In this document: positions 1 to 10,237 of the stretch, piece by piece | Position numbering within the stretch: position 1 is the stretch's first letter | How the letters are laid out: every line of letters starts with the position of its first letter | Source of the DNA: Candidatus Poribacteria bacterium | Lineage (GTDB): Bacteria > Poribacteria > WGA-4E > PCPOR2b | Assembly (NCBI GenBank): GCA_965215015.1 | Contig: OZ244042.1 | Coordinates: 5,856,001 to 5,920,000 of the forward strand | Direction of reading: 5' to 3' | DNA length: 64,000 bases | Notes under the pieces: model-generated | Database searches by the model: none | The model's input: the letters and a program-made list of their open reading frames with translations, nothing else | Told to the model about the DNA's origin: nothing | Made by a program: the position numbers and the translations under genes

Positions 1-1
1 G

Positions 2-937
2 CTGTACCGATTATTCAACCAACTTGAAGAACTGCCACCGGTTACCGCAGATGAACCCCATTTGAGCGAGCAACATCTCGCAGAAGTCGGTCGCACCGCA
101 TACGAAGCCGCGGGATTTCTCAAATTTTTGAAAGGGTTTCGAGGGCGCACTAGTAGGCACATCGTGGTGGTGGGGAATGATCGTTACGGACGGCAGTGGG
201 TTGTCGAACCTATCGAGGCATATCTCACAGAGGGGTTCACACTTAGGTATGACCGTGTACGCTCCGGCACTTCTACGAGACTGAGTGTTCCCGCTGCGTT
301 CCCACGGGAATTCGTCAAAGAGATTAGTGAGGGGATGCCCCATATCGTCATTGTGGACGCCTCCCATGCACCACCGAGCAACGACGTGATGCAGCTTTCC
401 CGCGGCCTCCGAGGTTATGCCCACTGGTTTGCTGTATTCAACGACCTCCGTGCCGAAGGCAACGTTGCCAGATACCAAGAGGAGAGCTCCCTTCCAGCGG
501 AGCATTTCCCCGAACTGATGAAATGGCATGACTACATTGCGCGGAGACAGCAGTTACAGGAGTGGGTCTCACCGGGCCCGACTTACCGGGTGACGACTTG
601 GGGGCCGGAGTTGAAAGACACCGTGATACTAGGGGACATGCAAGTGAAGCGTTATCCGGCGGTTTACCATGAGAAGATGGGGGGTGATTCGCCGTTGGTG
701 ATTCTGGCAAACCCTATTATATATCGCATGGAGGGAGATGACCTTCCACATGCCCTGCGAGGAACCACGCCGCGCTACTTCGATGACCCCGAAGCCCACG
801 CAGCAGACAGCATCGTGTTCGGGTTTGGCTCCCATGGGCTTGAAACTCGACTCAAGGGGATGAGCACAGAGCAATTCGTCCAGACAGTCCAGGGATACAT
901 CAAGGGGGAGATTAATAGGTTGTTGAAGGATTCATGA
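2..937 (+). CDS. hypothetical protein, 5'-truncated by the window edge
   Basis: Frame is open from position 2 (LYRLFNQLEEL...) through the 291-aa ORF to TGA at 935-937; no motif recognised. Confidence 0.7.
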   Translation: MYRLFNQLEELPPVTADEPHLSEQHLAEVGRTAYEAAGFLKFLKGFRGRTSRHIVVVGNDRYGRQWVVEPIEAYLTEGFTLRYDRVRSGTSTRLSVPAAFPREFVKEISEGMPHIVIVDASHAPPSNDVMQLSRGLRGYAHWFAVFNDLRAEGNVARYQEESSLPAEHFPELMKWHDYIARRQQLQEWVSPGPTYRVTTWGPELKDTVILGDMQVKRYPAVYHEKMGGDSPLVILANPIIYRMEGDDLPHALRGTTPRYFDDPEAHAADSIVFGFGSHGLETRLKGMSTEQFVQTVQGYIKGEINRLLKDS

Positions 938-991
938 TCCTTATGGAGGATTACAATTTAAGAATCCTACAACGTTTTGGAGGAACCGATT

Positions 992-1813
992 ATGGCAAAA
1001 ACAATTATTTCGGTGGCGGTGGTCGGGTCGGGACCCACCAAGGAGATGAATCCTGCCGTACCGTATACACCCAAGGATATTGCACAAGCGGCGATTGAAT
1101 GCAGTCGCGCGGGGGCATCGATCACACACATTCATGTGCGTGACCCGGAAACGGGGATCGTCTGTTCAAGGCTTGAGCTCTTCGCAGAGGTTGTGGATCG
1201 GATTCGCCAAGAGTGCGATATCCTGATCAACCTCACAACGAGCGGAGGAAACATATCCGGAAAAAACATCATTGAGGAACGCCTTGAGCCTGTTACGCTA
1301 AAGCCAGAAATCTGTTCCCTTGATGTCGGCTCAATGAACTTTGGAGATCGCATGTTTCTCAATCCGCCGGAGTGGGGACGGGCTGCGGCGCAACGGATGC
1401 GTGAGCAGGGCGTCAAGCCTGAAATCGAAGTCTTCGACGCGGGGCACATGCGGCAGGCACTACACTTAATTAATGACGGACTATTTGAGGATCCGCCGTT
1501 TGTCCAATTGTGTATGGGGGCTGGCTGGGGTATCGAAGCGACGCCGGAGAGCTTACTGTTTATGAAGAACTTATTGCCACCCGGTATTCCTTGGTCCGTT
1601 TTGGGTGTCGGTCGAACTCAGTTGCCGATGATTACGATGGGCATCATTCTCGGCGGTCATATTCGCGTCGGTTTTGAAGACAATATTTATCTCCGCAGGG
1701 GGGTCCTGTTAAAAAGCAACGCCCAGATGGTCGAGGTCGCGGTGAATTTGGTTGAGCAGCTACAAGGCGAGGTTGCTACACCTAGCGACACACGTCAAAT
1801 CCTTGGGATATAA
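992..1813 (+). CDS. beta-keto acid cleavage enzyme family (BKACE/Kce, DUF849)
   Basis: NPAVPYTP, metal-binding [31 protein letters not shown] motifs; GGAGG RBS before ATG 992. Confidence 0.92.
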   Translation: MAKTIISVAVVGSGPTKEMNPAVPYTPKDIAQAAIECSRAGASITHIHVRDPETGIVCSRLELFAEVVDRIRQECDILINLTTSGGNISGKNIIEERLEPVTLKPEICSLDVGSMNFGDRMFLNPPEWGRAAAQRMREQGVKPEIEVFDAGHMRQALHLINDGLFEDPPFVQLCMGAGWGIEATPESLLFMKNLLPPGIPWSVLGVGRTQLPMITMGIILGGHIRVGFEDNIYLRRGVLLKSNAQMVEVAVNLVEQLQGEVATPSDTRQILGI

Positions 1814-1899
1814 AACCAAACGTGAAGCGTAAAGACGCGAAAAAGAGAAAAATTCTTGTGTCTCTGCGTCCTTTCGTTTCATTTTTCAGATGATGTTAG

Positions 1900-2874
1900 T
1901 TGAGTGCATCGATTCACGTAAGAAACGCAGATCTGCGTTCCCTACTAATGACACTTTTGTTGAACGGTTGCGTGCATAGAAAGAGATTGATTCGCCGGAT
2001 GTTACAAACAAAGGGTTTACAGGAATTTCTAGAAGGCGTTACTGAGGAGATTGTTGAGTGGCGGATGCTCAATATGGATTCCGAGCTGGTCACAGCCAAT
2101 CTGAGTCGTACAATCGGTCCCGGCATTCACAATACCCTCAGTCCCCACTGGAATTTTAACGCCAAACGCGGTGACGGGGTGGTTCCAGTTAATAACATTC
2201 TGAAATTTGAGACCTTTGGTGAGCCCTGTCCTTTGGGCACGAAGCTGCTGCAGAAAACGCGATTACGACTGGTGACAACACGGGACGAGAACGGGCTGCT
2301 GAAACGCAGTCATTTAGCGATGAACTGCGAATTGTTCAATAAAAACACAGACTCCCAGCGACCAGTCGGACGCGCTGAATTTTGGATGGCACTCACCCGT
2401 CCGCTCGCTCCCCCAGGCCAACATAAGCCAACCGATGTGCCGGAGGCACTCAAGTTCTTGAAAGAACATGAGGCAATCGAAAGTGATCTGGTCAGCCGGG
2501 ATATTGAGTCGTACCGCTGCCGGGCACCCGCCGACGGACAATCCTTCCATGACACGATGCCGTTGGTCTTCCATATGGACAGATCGGATATCTACCGTCA
2601 CATTAATACGAGTGTGTACATGAACCAAGCCCAGGATTACCTAGCACTCCTGTACCACAAAGTTGGCGGGGATGCCGGGCGGCTGCGATTCCGTGAAATC
2701 ACAATCTATTTTCGTAAACCTTTTGTACCGGGACAGGGGGCAGAGGTAGAGTTAGACCTCGTTGAGTGGGCGGACCGATTCCGTGGTGCTGTTCGTTTCT
2801 ATCATTGTGATGGTGAAAGGGGCAGAAGTGAGCGGATCTCGATGGCAATGGAAACGCGGGGGCCCCTACATTGA
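1900..2874 (+). CDS. acyl-ACP/acyl-CoA thioesterase-like (hotdog fold) protein; start uncertain
   Basis: DIYRHINTSVY resembles the thioesterase DxxxHVNN motif, followed by IYFRKPF; lies next to BKACE. Confidence 0.6.
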   Translation: MSASIHVRNADLRSLLMTLLLNGCVHRKRLIRRMLQTKGLQEFLEGVTEEIVEWRMLNMDSELVTANLSRTIGPGIHNTLSPHWNFNAKRGDGVVPVNNILKFETFGEPCPLGTKLLQKTRLRLVTTRDENGLLKRSHLAMNCELFNKNTDSQRPVGRAEFWMALTRPLAPPGQHKPTDVPEALKFLKEHEAIESDLVSRDIESYRCRAPADGQSFHDTMPLVFHMDRSDIYRHINTSVYMNQAQDYLALLYHKVGGDAGRLRFREITIYFRKPFVPGQGAEVELDLVEWADRFRGAVRFYHCDGERGRSERISMAMETRGPLH

Positions 2875-2964
2875 AAACCGACCCCAGCGACGCAGAGACG
2901 ATGTTAGTACATTGGCTCATTAATGAACCAATGTGTGGTTAATTTTAGATTAAGGAGGAGGACA

Positions 2965-4524
2965 ATGCGATACGACACAATCATCGTCGGAGCAGGGGCG
3001 GCTGGGGCGATACTTGCGGCCCGACTTACCGAAGATTCGGGACGCTCTGTCCTATTACTGGAAGCGGGGCCTGACTTCCCAAATTTTGAACAGCTTCCAG
3101 AGGAAATCAAGTACGGTTATGGGCAAGATCGCAATATCTGGGCAAGAGCCTTCGGTCGCCCGACCAAGTTCGGTTGGGGATACACCGCCCGTGTTACCGA
3201 CAGTGCCCCCACCATGTTCGTCCCGCGAGGCAAAATAGTTGGAGGCTCAAGCGCAGTGAACGCGCAGATCTTCCTCCGCGGCGTGCCCGAAGACTACGAT
3301 ACTTGGGCTTCCTTGGGCAACGACAAATGGAGTTACGAGGAATTACTCCCTTGCTTTCGCAGAAACGAGGCGGATCCCGACTATAGCGACTCCTATCATG
3401 GAAACACGGGGCCCATCCGCGCCCGACGTCACACATACGAGGAGTTGAACCCTGAACAAGCTGCCTTCTACGACGCAGCTCGGGAGTCTGGCTATCCGGA
3501 TTGTCCCGACCACAACGATCCGGACTCTACGGGGGTCGGTCCCCTCGCGCTCAATAATCCGGGGGGCATCCGCTGGAGCACGGCGATCGGCTACCTAAAT
3601 CCAGCACGCCATCGCCTGAACCTTACCATCAAGGCGGACTGCTTGGTACACCGTCTCCTTTTTGAGGGCAAGCGCGCTGTTGGCGTCCAGGTAGAGAGCG
3701 GCAGCGAGATGTTCAATGTCTATGGCGAGGAAATCGTTCTGTGCGGCGGCTCCATCGGTTCACCGCATATCCTCATGCTTTCGGGTGTTGGGCCCGCCGA
3801 TCATCTCAAGGCTGTTGGCATTCCCTTGGTGCATGACCTGCCGGGCGTTGGACAGAACCTAAGAGACCATCCACAGGTATCGGCCACCTTGAGGGTAAAG
3901 GAAGCCTTTGTGCCCGATGGTACAGAGCCACGGCTTCAGGTTGGGCTTCGATACACGGCAAAGGGGTCCGACCTACGCAATGACATGTTTCTCCTCCCAA
4001 CCGCTTTCGCCACCGAGGAAGGCTATCTCGTCGAATCGAACTCCGTGCCTCTAGGATTTCACGTTGCTGCTTGCATATACCTTGCCGTCGGCGCGGGCGA
4101 AATCCGGCTCGCCTCTGCCGATCCGCATCAACAACCCGCCTTGGATTATAATTACCTGACCGAGGCCTTTGACCGCGAACGACTACGCGAGTCTGTGCAC
4201 ATCGTCATTGATCTACTGGAACACGATGCCTTCAAAAAGCTGGTTGCGGAACGTCTTGCACCGACGGATGCCGATTTAGCGACGGACAAAGCCCTGGACA
4301 AATGGCTGCTGCGCCAAGTAACTACCAGCCACCACATCTCATCAACCTGCAAGATGGGCCCCGACTCCGATCCAATGGCTGTGGTTGATCAGTACGGTAA
4401 GGTCCACGGTGTCGAGGGACTGCGGGTAGCAGACGCTTCGATCATGCCCGACTGCATCCGCGCCAACACCAATGTGACTACTATGGTCATCGGAGAGCGT
4501 GTGTCGGACTTCATGAGGACGTGA
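2965..4524 (+). CDS. GMC oxidoreductase (choline dehydrogenase family)
   Basis: YDTIIVGAGAAG FAD motif, RGKIVGGSSAVN, VGQNLRDH, VADASIMP...NTN; AGGAGG RBS. Confidence 0.93.
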   Translation: MRYDTIIVGAGAAGAILAARLTEDSGRSVLLLEAGPDFPNFEQLPEEIKYGYGQDRNIWARAFGRPTKFGWGYTARVTDSAPTMFVPRGKIVGGSSAVNAQIFLRGVPEDYDTWASLGNDKWSYEELLPCFRRNEADPDYSDSYHGNTGPIRARRHTYEELNPEQAAFYDAARESGYPDCPDHNDPDSTGVGPLALNNPGGIRWSTAIGYLNPARHRLNLTIKADCLVHRLLFEGKRAVGVQVESGSEMFNVYGEEIVLCGGSIGSPHILMLSGVGPADHLKAVGIPLVHDLPGVGQNLRDHPQVSATLRVKEAFVPDGTEPRLQVGLRYTAKGSDLRNDMFLLPTAFATEEGYLVESNSVPLGFHVAACIYLAVGAGEIRLASADPHQQPALDYNYLTEAFDRERLRESVHIVIDLLEHDAFKKLVAERLAPTDADLATDKALDKWLLRQVTTSHHISSTCKMGPDSDPMAVVDQYGKVHGVEGLRVADASIMPDCIRANTNVTTMVIGERVSDFMRT

Positions 4525-4849
4525 CAAATCACTTTCTTGAAGCGAGGACGCCCACACTTTTTGCCGTGCTTCCGGTCAGCAAACATTTTCTGGTAGATGC
4601 TGGGAAAAGTCAGGAGCAAAGCTGCCAAAGTTGACATTTTGTCAAATGGGGATGGAATACGCGCTTCTCGTTGATTCAGCGGCGGTATAATACTCAAAAC
4701 GTATAATAGTTCTATGTATGATGAAGCAAGGTGCCGCTTATTGCCTCATTGGAAGTATGAGTTGGGCAAGATGCCCGCCCTACGAGGGCGTTGTGTTTTG
4801 ATACACCTAGGTTATTCTAGCATCTTGTTTTTAGATTATCCCCGTTATC

Positions 4850-6052
4850 CTATTTCCGTTGCCGTGAGGTTTCCGGCACCAACCAGAGGAAAATCGCTAC
4901 TGCCATATACCCAACTCCTGCGAGAACCAAAGCGGAAAGCCCCAGTCCTGACACATCTGCAATCTCACCGACGATCCAGGGCCCCGTTGCGTGACCGACA
5001 TCACCGATGAGCCGCCAGACCGAAAGGAACTCTCCTGTACCCTCGCGCGGAGCAAGATCTGCCCCCGTCGTCATCATTGTGCCAGAACCAAGCCCGTTAC
5101 CAAGTCCCATTACAATGCCTGCGATTAGTAGGGTCAAGTAGCTGCCTGTCAAAGGCACCATCGCCATTCCCGTTGCAAAAATGAAGAAGCAGGGAACGAT
5201 GGCGTATCTCCTACCAAACCGATCCATAATAAATCCCGCCACCGGAAACATCACCATATCGATAAATGAGGAGAGACTAAAGATCAGCCCCACTGTCTGG
5301 CGGTCTAGTCCGATGACATCGCGTCCATAGAGGATAATAATAATCCGCCGCCCCGCTCGGAGGGTTTGGACGCAGATTTGCCCCAATCCAGCTGTGAGTA
5401 AGGCACGATAGTGTGCTTTTAATATATCAATGAATTGTTTCAGGTGCAGCCGCCGGGGACCTACCACTGAAGGACGTTTTGTTTCGTGAATGAAGAAAAG
5501 GCAGAATAGAAAATTGACCCCCATAATCGCTGCACAGGCAAAGAATGGAGCACTCAACCCGTAATGCTTACCGATGAAACCGCCAATGGCCGGCCCTAAA
5601 AAAGTGCCGATTCGACTCACCCCCCCGAACATTGCAAGCGATCTGCCACGTTCGGGAATTGGGACGGCATCCGTCAAATAGGTATATCGCGCAATAGTCC
5701 ATAAGGCACTGCCGACTCCCGCGATAAGTTGGTAGATGATTAGCTCAAAGACAGTGTGGGCAAGTCCGACGCCGAGGGTCGATAATCCCACCACGGCAGC
5801 ACCGATTAACATTGACGCTTTGCGGCCCGTCCGTTCGATCAAGATGCCGGCGGGCACATCAGCGATCAAGACACCGACACCTTGCATACCGAGGACTAGC
5901 CCCATCAGGCTATAGGAAGGATTAAAAGATTTTGCGTATTCAGGGAAGATTGGGATGAGGATCCCACCGCCGACGGAAAGCAGAAACGCGGGGAAATAGA
6001 TCGGCAGGATAAGCGAGCGCCGCGTAAACGGTTGCTCTCGTAAATTCTGCAT
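4850..6052 (-). CDS. MFS transporter
   Basis: About 12 hydrophobic segments; MFS motif A in both halves (GILIERTGRK, GFIMDRFGRR); start placed at MQNLREQ. Confidence 0.9.
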   Translation of the reverse strand: MQNLREQPFTRRSLILPIYFPAFLLSVGGGILIPIFPEYAKSFNPSYSLMGLVLGMQGVGVLIADVPAGILIERTGRKASMLIGAAVVGLSTLGVGLAHTVFELIIYQLIAGVGSALWTIARYTYLTDAVPIPERGRSLAMFGGVSRIGTFLGPAIGGFIGKHYGLSAPFFACAAIMGVNFLFCLFFIHETKRPSVVGPRRLHLKQFIDILKAHYRALLTAGLGQICVQTLRAGRRIIIILYGRDVIGLDRQTVGLIFSLSSFIDMVMFPVAGFIMDRFGRRYAIVPCFFIFATGMAMVPLTGSYLTLLIAGIVMGLGNGLGSGTMMTTGADLAPREGTGEFLSVWRLIGDVGHATGPWIVGEIADVSGLGLSALVLAGVGYMAVAIFLWLVPETSRQRK

Positions 6053-6065
6053 AATCGGGTTTTCG

Positions 6066-7133
6066 CTATCCGTACCTTTCTCGAAGAATTTCTGCTGCTT
6101 TCGCTTCGTTTTTGAGCTTCTGGTATGCCTCGTCGATGGGGATTTCTGCGGCACTGCCGGGCGCAAATCCGCAGTCTGGATTCAAGGTGATACGTTCAGG
6201 ACTCAAGTGGCACAGTGCATTTTCAACGCGTGCAATAATCTCTTCAGGTGTATCGATATGCTCGCCTCGACAATCAACGCAGCCAAGACCAACCGTTTTA
6301 TCTTCCGGGATCCCCTTTAGCACGGCAAGGTCACCGGCGACTGGAATCGTGAACTCCATCAGGTACTGATCGACTTTGAGCCGTTTCAGGTGGGACAAGA
6401 TCGGTTCATATCCCCCTTCGCCAATCCAGCCGTCACGCCCCTTATTGCGCCGACAGAGGTGGATGGCAATCTGAATCCCGTCAACATTCCTGATAATCTG
6501 ATTCAGCAGATCAACACACAAATCCATCTCACGCTCAGGATTTTCGTAACTCGCCCTGACGGACTCATCGACAAAGAGGCACAAATGCGGGTCATCAAAC
6601 TGAGCGACGGCTGCCCCTGCATCCCTGACAGCGATAAGTTCATTCTGCAAAATATCGACGAGATCATACATGAATGCCTCGCGCGTTGGATAAGCGTCCC
6701 GCGATTTTTCCGGGTCCCACATCCGCTGTCCCAATAGATATGGGGACGGGAGACACACCTTTGTCAGTCGATCAGTGTGCTGCTTTAGAAATGCAGCCTC
6801 CGCCGCGACAATCCCCGGCTGCTTGAGGCGTATTTTATCAACAGCGGTTGTCCAGTGCATGCCCTTGTGCATACTCAACTCGAATCCACTTGCGATGTCT
6901 GCGATCACACCGATGTAGGAACGCCGCCGCCACTCGCCATCAGAAATGATATCGATCCCGGCAGCTTCCTGTACCGCAATGATGTATTGTACGGCGGCGT
7001 CCATCTCTTTTTGTGTCTCGGTTTCGGAGTGCTGCGATGCGTTTTCGAGTGCAAGTAAATCGCGAACAAAATCAGATCGTGGCATGCTGCCCACAACGGT
7101 GGTTGGGAATAAGGGAAGTTGTTGATTTGACAT
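6066..7133 (-). CDS. cobalamin-independent methionine synthase II family (single-domain MetE-like)
   Basis: TTVVGSMPR, DIISDGEWRR, Zn ligands in HLCR and LNPDCGF. Confidence 0.88.
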   Translation of the reverse strand: MSNQQLPLFPTTVVGSMPRSDFVRDLLALENASQHSETETQKEMDAAVQYIIAVQEAAGIDIISDGEWRRRSYIGVIADIASGFELSMHKGMHWTTAVDKIRLKQPGIVAAEAAFLKQHTDRLTKVCLPSPYLLGQRMWDPEKSRDAYPTREAFMYDLVDILQNELIAVRDAGAAVAQFDDPHLCLFVDESVRASYENPEREMDLCVDLLNQIIRNVDGIQIAIHLCRRNKGRDGWIGEGGYEPILSHLKRLKVDQYLMEFTIPVAGDLAVLKGIPEDKTVGLGCVDCRGEHIDTPEEIIARVENALCHLSPERITLNPDCGFAPGSAAEIPIDEAYQKLKNEAKAAEILRERYG

Positions 7134-7169
7134 AGAAAATAGAACCCACAGTGTTGGTATCTACTGTTC

Positions 7170-7192
7170 GTAGTAGCGCAATTCATTGCGCG
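7170..7192 (+). repeat. GTAG-type REP (GTAGTAGYGCAATTCATTGCRCG), representative copy
   Basis: Exact or variant copies at 20095(-), 25958, 26965, 36795, 37024, 41100, 41306, 41333, 42786, 42873. Confidence 0.85.
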
Positions 7193-7203
7193 TGAAATGG
7201 GTG

Positions 7204-7401
7204 CTGTTGCACCACAGCGTCGGTATCTATACGACTCACAACGCCCGATTCATCAGGCAACTACAATTCTCCGACAGTCGTAGGCACGCCCCGCGCCCCC
7301 TCCCCCTGCTTGCGGGGGGACTGAGGGGGGTAGCCGCATGCCGACTCCCTTAAAGACGCGGGTTGAAGGGCGCGCCTACAAACTCAAGAGCGTAACTCCT
7401 A
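7204..7401. repeat. ~200-bp composite repeat with an IS-like end
   Basis: Inverted homolog at 15750-15930; the end motif TAGGAGTTACGC..TTGAGTTTGTA recurs (with variation) at 11972, 30487(-), 36740, 42764. Confidence 0.75.
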
Positions 7402-7422
7402 ATAGAATTAGTATGACATGCT

Positions 7423-7969
7423 TTACACCCGCATCTCCGAGAGCGCATTCTCATAACCGGCGTAGGTCACACCATCAAAGAGAACGAAACGCACCTCTTC
7501 GATCCCATCATGCCCTTCTAGAAATTCTTTTACCGCATTGAGGGCCGTAGTTGCTGCTTTGTCAATCGGGTAGCCGTAGATGCCCGTGCTGATCGATGGG
7601 AATGCAATCGTCTTGATGCCGCCCTCAAGTGCAAGGCTCAAACTTTCCCGGTAACAGCTGGCGAGGAGGTTGGGTTCACCTGCGTTTCCGCCCCGCCAGA
7701 TCGGCCCCACGGTGTGGATGACATACTTCGCAGGCAGATTGCCCCCCGTCGTGATTACCGCACTCCCCGTCGGACAGCCCCCCTGCTTGGCACGGATTTC
7801 GTTACATTCCGCCATAATCGCCGGCCCCCCCGGCGCTGTGAATTGCGCTGTCAACGCCGCCATCGCCCATGAGTTGTTCATTCGCAGCGTTGACAATCGC
7901 ATCAATCTGTTCTTTTGTAATATCTCCTTGAACAAGAGTGAAAGTCGTTTGGCTAATTGTGATTTGCAT
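7423..7969 (-). pseudogene. ymdB: macrodomain O-acetyl-ADP-ribose deacetylase (YmdB-like), split by a +1 frameshift
   Basis: N-part MQITIS...GDIT...AIVNAAN...[12 protein letters not shown] and C-part PAIMAEC...VIHTVGP...AFPSISTGIYGYP are in different frames; they join if the C7 run at 7825-7831 were C6. Confidence 0.85.
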
Positions 7970-8128
7970 AAATCCCTCCGTACGTAAAACATGAAGATTA
8001 GAAGACGGGACAATGAACTGCTGAACCAATGAACTCTTGAACGATGTGGTAACAACAGCATCGCTAACCTGTACCAAAAGGCATTGACCAATAAATGTAA
8101 CGTGCAATGTTCCTGTGTGCGGGCGGGG

Positions 8129-10237
8129 TCACCCCGTCCCTACGGGACTCATAACGATATTTCCTTCGCTATCGAAGTATCCGCGGTAGTCAGGTGGAAT
8201 GACGATGGTTGAATCATATTCGTCAATAAGCAAAGGACCAGTTGTGCCTTCCTCTCCCAGATCCTGACGTGAGATGACGGGGGTGTTGATTGTCCCCCAT
8301 GATGTGCCGAAATAAGCCGCTCGACTCGACGCACGCGCGCCGAGGCGCTCCGCCGGATTGAGCACGCCCTGTTGACCGCGTATCCCCGCCTGTCCAATCA
8401 ACCGGACCGCCACAACTTCGACCGGGTTGTCCGGATCAGATCGGTGTCCATAAAGCCGTTCATGTTCTGTCTCGAAGGTTGTGTACAACGTCTGCACCGT
8501 ATTTTCGGTGAAGTTCTCATCTGCCACTGCAATCCGTATCTCCGAGGCTTGTCCCTTAAAACGTATGTCAACGCTGCAACTGAGTGCCACTTGGTCAGCG
8601 GAATAACTTTCGGTCTCGAATTGGGTGAGCATATTGTGCTGCATCTCCGCTTTAATCTGTTCCAAAGCCCTTGCATTGAGCGTTTCGCCAGAAAGCAGAC
8701 AACTGCGGACATCGTGATGCTCGACACCGGAAAAGAGTAGACCCAAGGTGCTGAATAGACCGGGCAGCGGGGGCACGATAACTTGACGGATCAAGAGTTC
8801 CTTTGCCAGTCCCGCTGCGTGAATCGGACCAGATCCCCCAAAAGCCATCAGAACAAACTCCCGTGGATCGCGTCCACGCTCGGTGGAAACAGCGCGTAGG
8901 GCCCGCATGGTACGGGCATTGGCAATCCGATGAATCCCCTCTGCCGCTTGGAGTAAATCCATTCCAAGGGGTACAGCGATGTGGTCATATATCGCTCGTC
9001 GTGCGGCTTCAATAGTGATGCTCACCTCTCCATCAGCTAGCTCACCGGGTCGAATATAGCCCAACACCACATTGGCATCGGTGACAGTTGGTTCGGTCCC
9101 TCCGCGTTGATAGCAAGCGGGTCCCGGTACGGCACCTGCACTACGGGGCCCAACACGCAAACCGCCCGCTCCATCTAGATACGCGATGCTACCGCCGCCG
9201 GATCCGACCTCAGCGATGTCGATGCTCGGAGCGCGAATCAGTTCGCCACCCCCGCCGACCAGTCGATTTCCTGCCGAAATCGTGGCACCAACTTCGTATT
9301 CTGGGCTGTAAGCCACCGCGCCATCTTCGATTATAGAGGCTTTAGCAGTGGTGCCCCCCATGTCGAGTGTAATTAGGTTATCCGTCCCTAGTTGTTGTGC
9401 CGTGAATCCAGCCGCTAACACACCGGCAGCCGGACCCGATTCAAGAACAAAGACTGGTAACCTTGCAGCATCGGCCTCTGGCGTTAATCCACCCGCCGAT
9501 TGCATCATCAACAACGGCCCTTCAATCCCCATCGTCTGCAACCCGCTACGCATTGCGTTCAAGTAACGCTGCATCACGGGACGGACGTAGGCGTTGACAA
9601 CAGTGGTGGCGGTACGTTCATATTCTTTACGTTCCGGAAGGACTTCAGATGAAAGAGAGACCGGAACATCTGACAACTGCGCTCTCAGGAAATCGCCGAC
9701 AGCGTTTTCATGTTGGGGAAAGGCGTAGGCGTGGAGGGTACAGACCGCTACAGATTCGACCCTCTCTTTCTCCAATTCCTCCTTGAGATGCCATAGTTCT
9801 GATTCCGATAGTGGGGTCAGCACCTCGCCGGAGGCAGAAATCCGTTCCGTGAGTTCAAAGCGCAAGTAGCGTTCGACAAGTGCTTGCGGCTTTTCAAAGA
9901 ACAAATCGTACATTTGGGGCGCACGAATGCGCCTCAGTTCGAGCACATCTCGGAAGCCCTTGGTCGTAATCAGTGCGGTTTTCGCGCCACGTCTCTCTAA
10001 AACGGCGTTGGTTGCCACCGTGGTGCCGTGGGCGACTTCGCTGACAGTTGTCCCTGTAGCGTCGGTTGTGCGTAGTAGATGCTCAATTGCGCTCAGCACT
10101 GCTCTTTCAAAGTCGGGCGGTGTGGAAGGTACCTTGTGGGTCCAGATGTTTCCGCTAGCGTCGATCAGGGCAACATCGGTGAAGGTGCCGCCAACATCCG
10201 CACCGATTCGCATTGTGTTGTGATTGGTCATTGTCAT
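8129..10237 (-). CDS. hydantoinase/oxoprolinase subunit A family
   Basis: DVGGTFTD, HGTTVATNA, ESGPAAG, DMGGTT, GPRSAGAVPGPACY, AFGGSGPIH. Confidence 0.93.
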   Translation of the reverse strand: MTMTNHNTMRIGADVGGTFTDVALIDASGNIWTHKVPSTPPDFERAVLSAIEHLLRTTDATGTTVSEVAHGTTVATNAVLERRGAKTALITTKGFRDVLELRRIRAPQMYDLFFEKPQALVERYLRFELTERISASGEVLTPLSESELWHLKEELEKERVESVAVCTLHAYAFPQHENAVGDFLRAQLSDVPVSLSSEVLPERKEYERTATTVVNAYVRPVMQRYLNAMRSGLQTMGIEGPLLMMQSAGGLTPEADAARLPVFVLESGPAAGVLAAGFTAQQLGTDNLITLDMGGTTAKASIIEDGAVAYSPEYEVGATISAGNRLVGGGGELIRAPSIDIAEVGSGGGSIAYLDGAGGLRVGPRSAGAVPGPACYQRGGTEPTVTDANVVLGYIRPGELADGEVSITIEAARRAIYDHIAVPLGMDLLQAAEGIHRIANARTMRALRAVSTERGRDPREFVLMAFGGSGPIHAAGLAKELLIRQVIVPPLPGLFSTLGLLFSGVEHHDVRSCLLSGETLNARALEQIKAEMQHNMLTQFETESYSADQVALSCSVDIRFKGQASEIRIAVADENFTENTVQTLYTTFETEHERLYGHRSDPDNPVEVVAVRLIGQAGIRGQQGVLNPAERLGARASSRAAYFGTSWGTINTPVISRQDLGEEGTTGPLLIDEYDSTIVIPPDYRGYFDSEGNIVMSPVGTG

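Noticed and set aside
4631-4691. TTGACA-ttt-TGTCAA palindrome and TATAAT between convergent genes
   Set aside because: The -35/-10 spacing is wrong and no credible downstream gene exists; an operator or sRNA cannot be supported.
7134-7420. SAM or cobalamin riboswitch upstream of the MetE-like gene or the TBDR
   Set aside because: No consensus elements recognised; the MetE leader is occupied by dispersed repeats.
7423-7969. Macrodomain gene as the ThsA effector of the TIR genes
   Set aside because: It is 23 kb away, is a soluble YmdB-type protein without TM helices, and is frameshifted.
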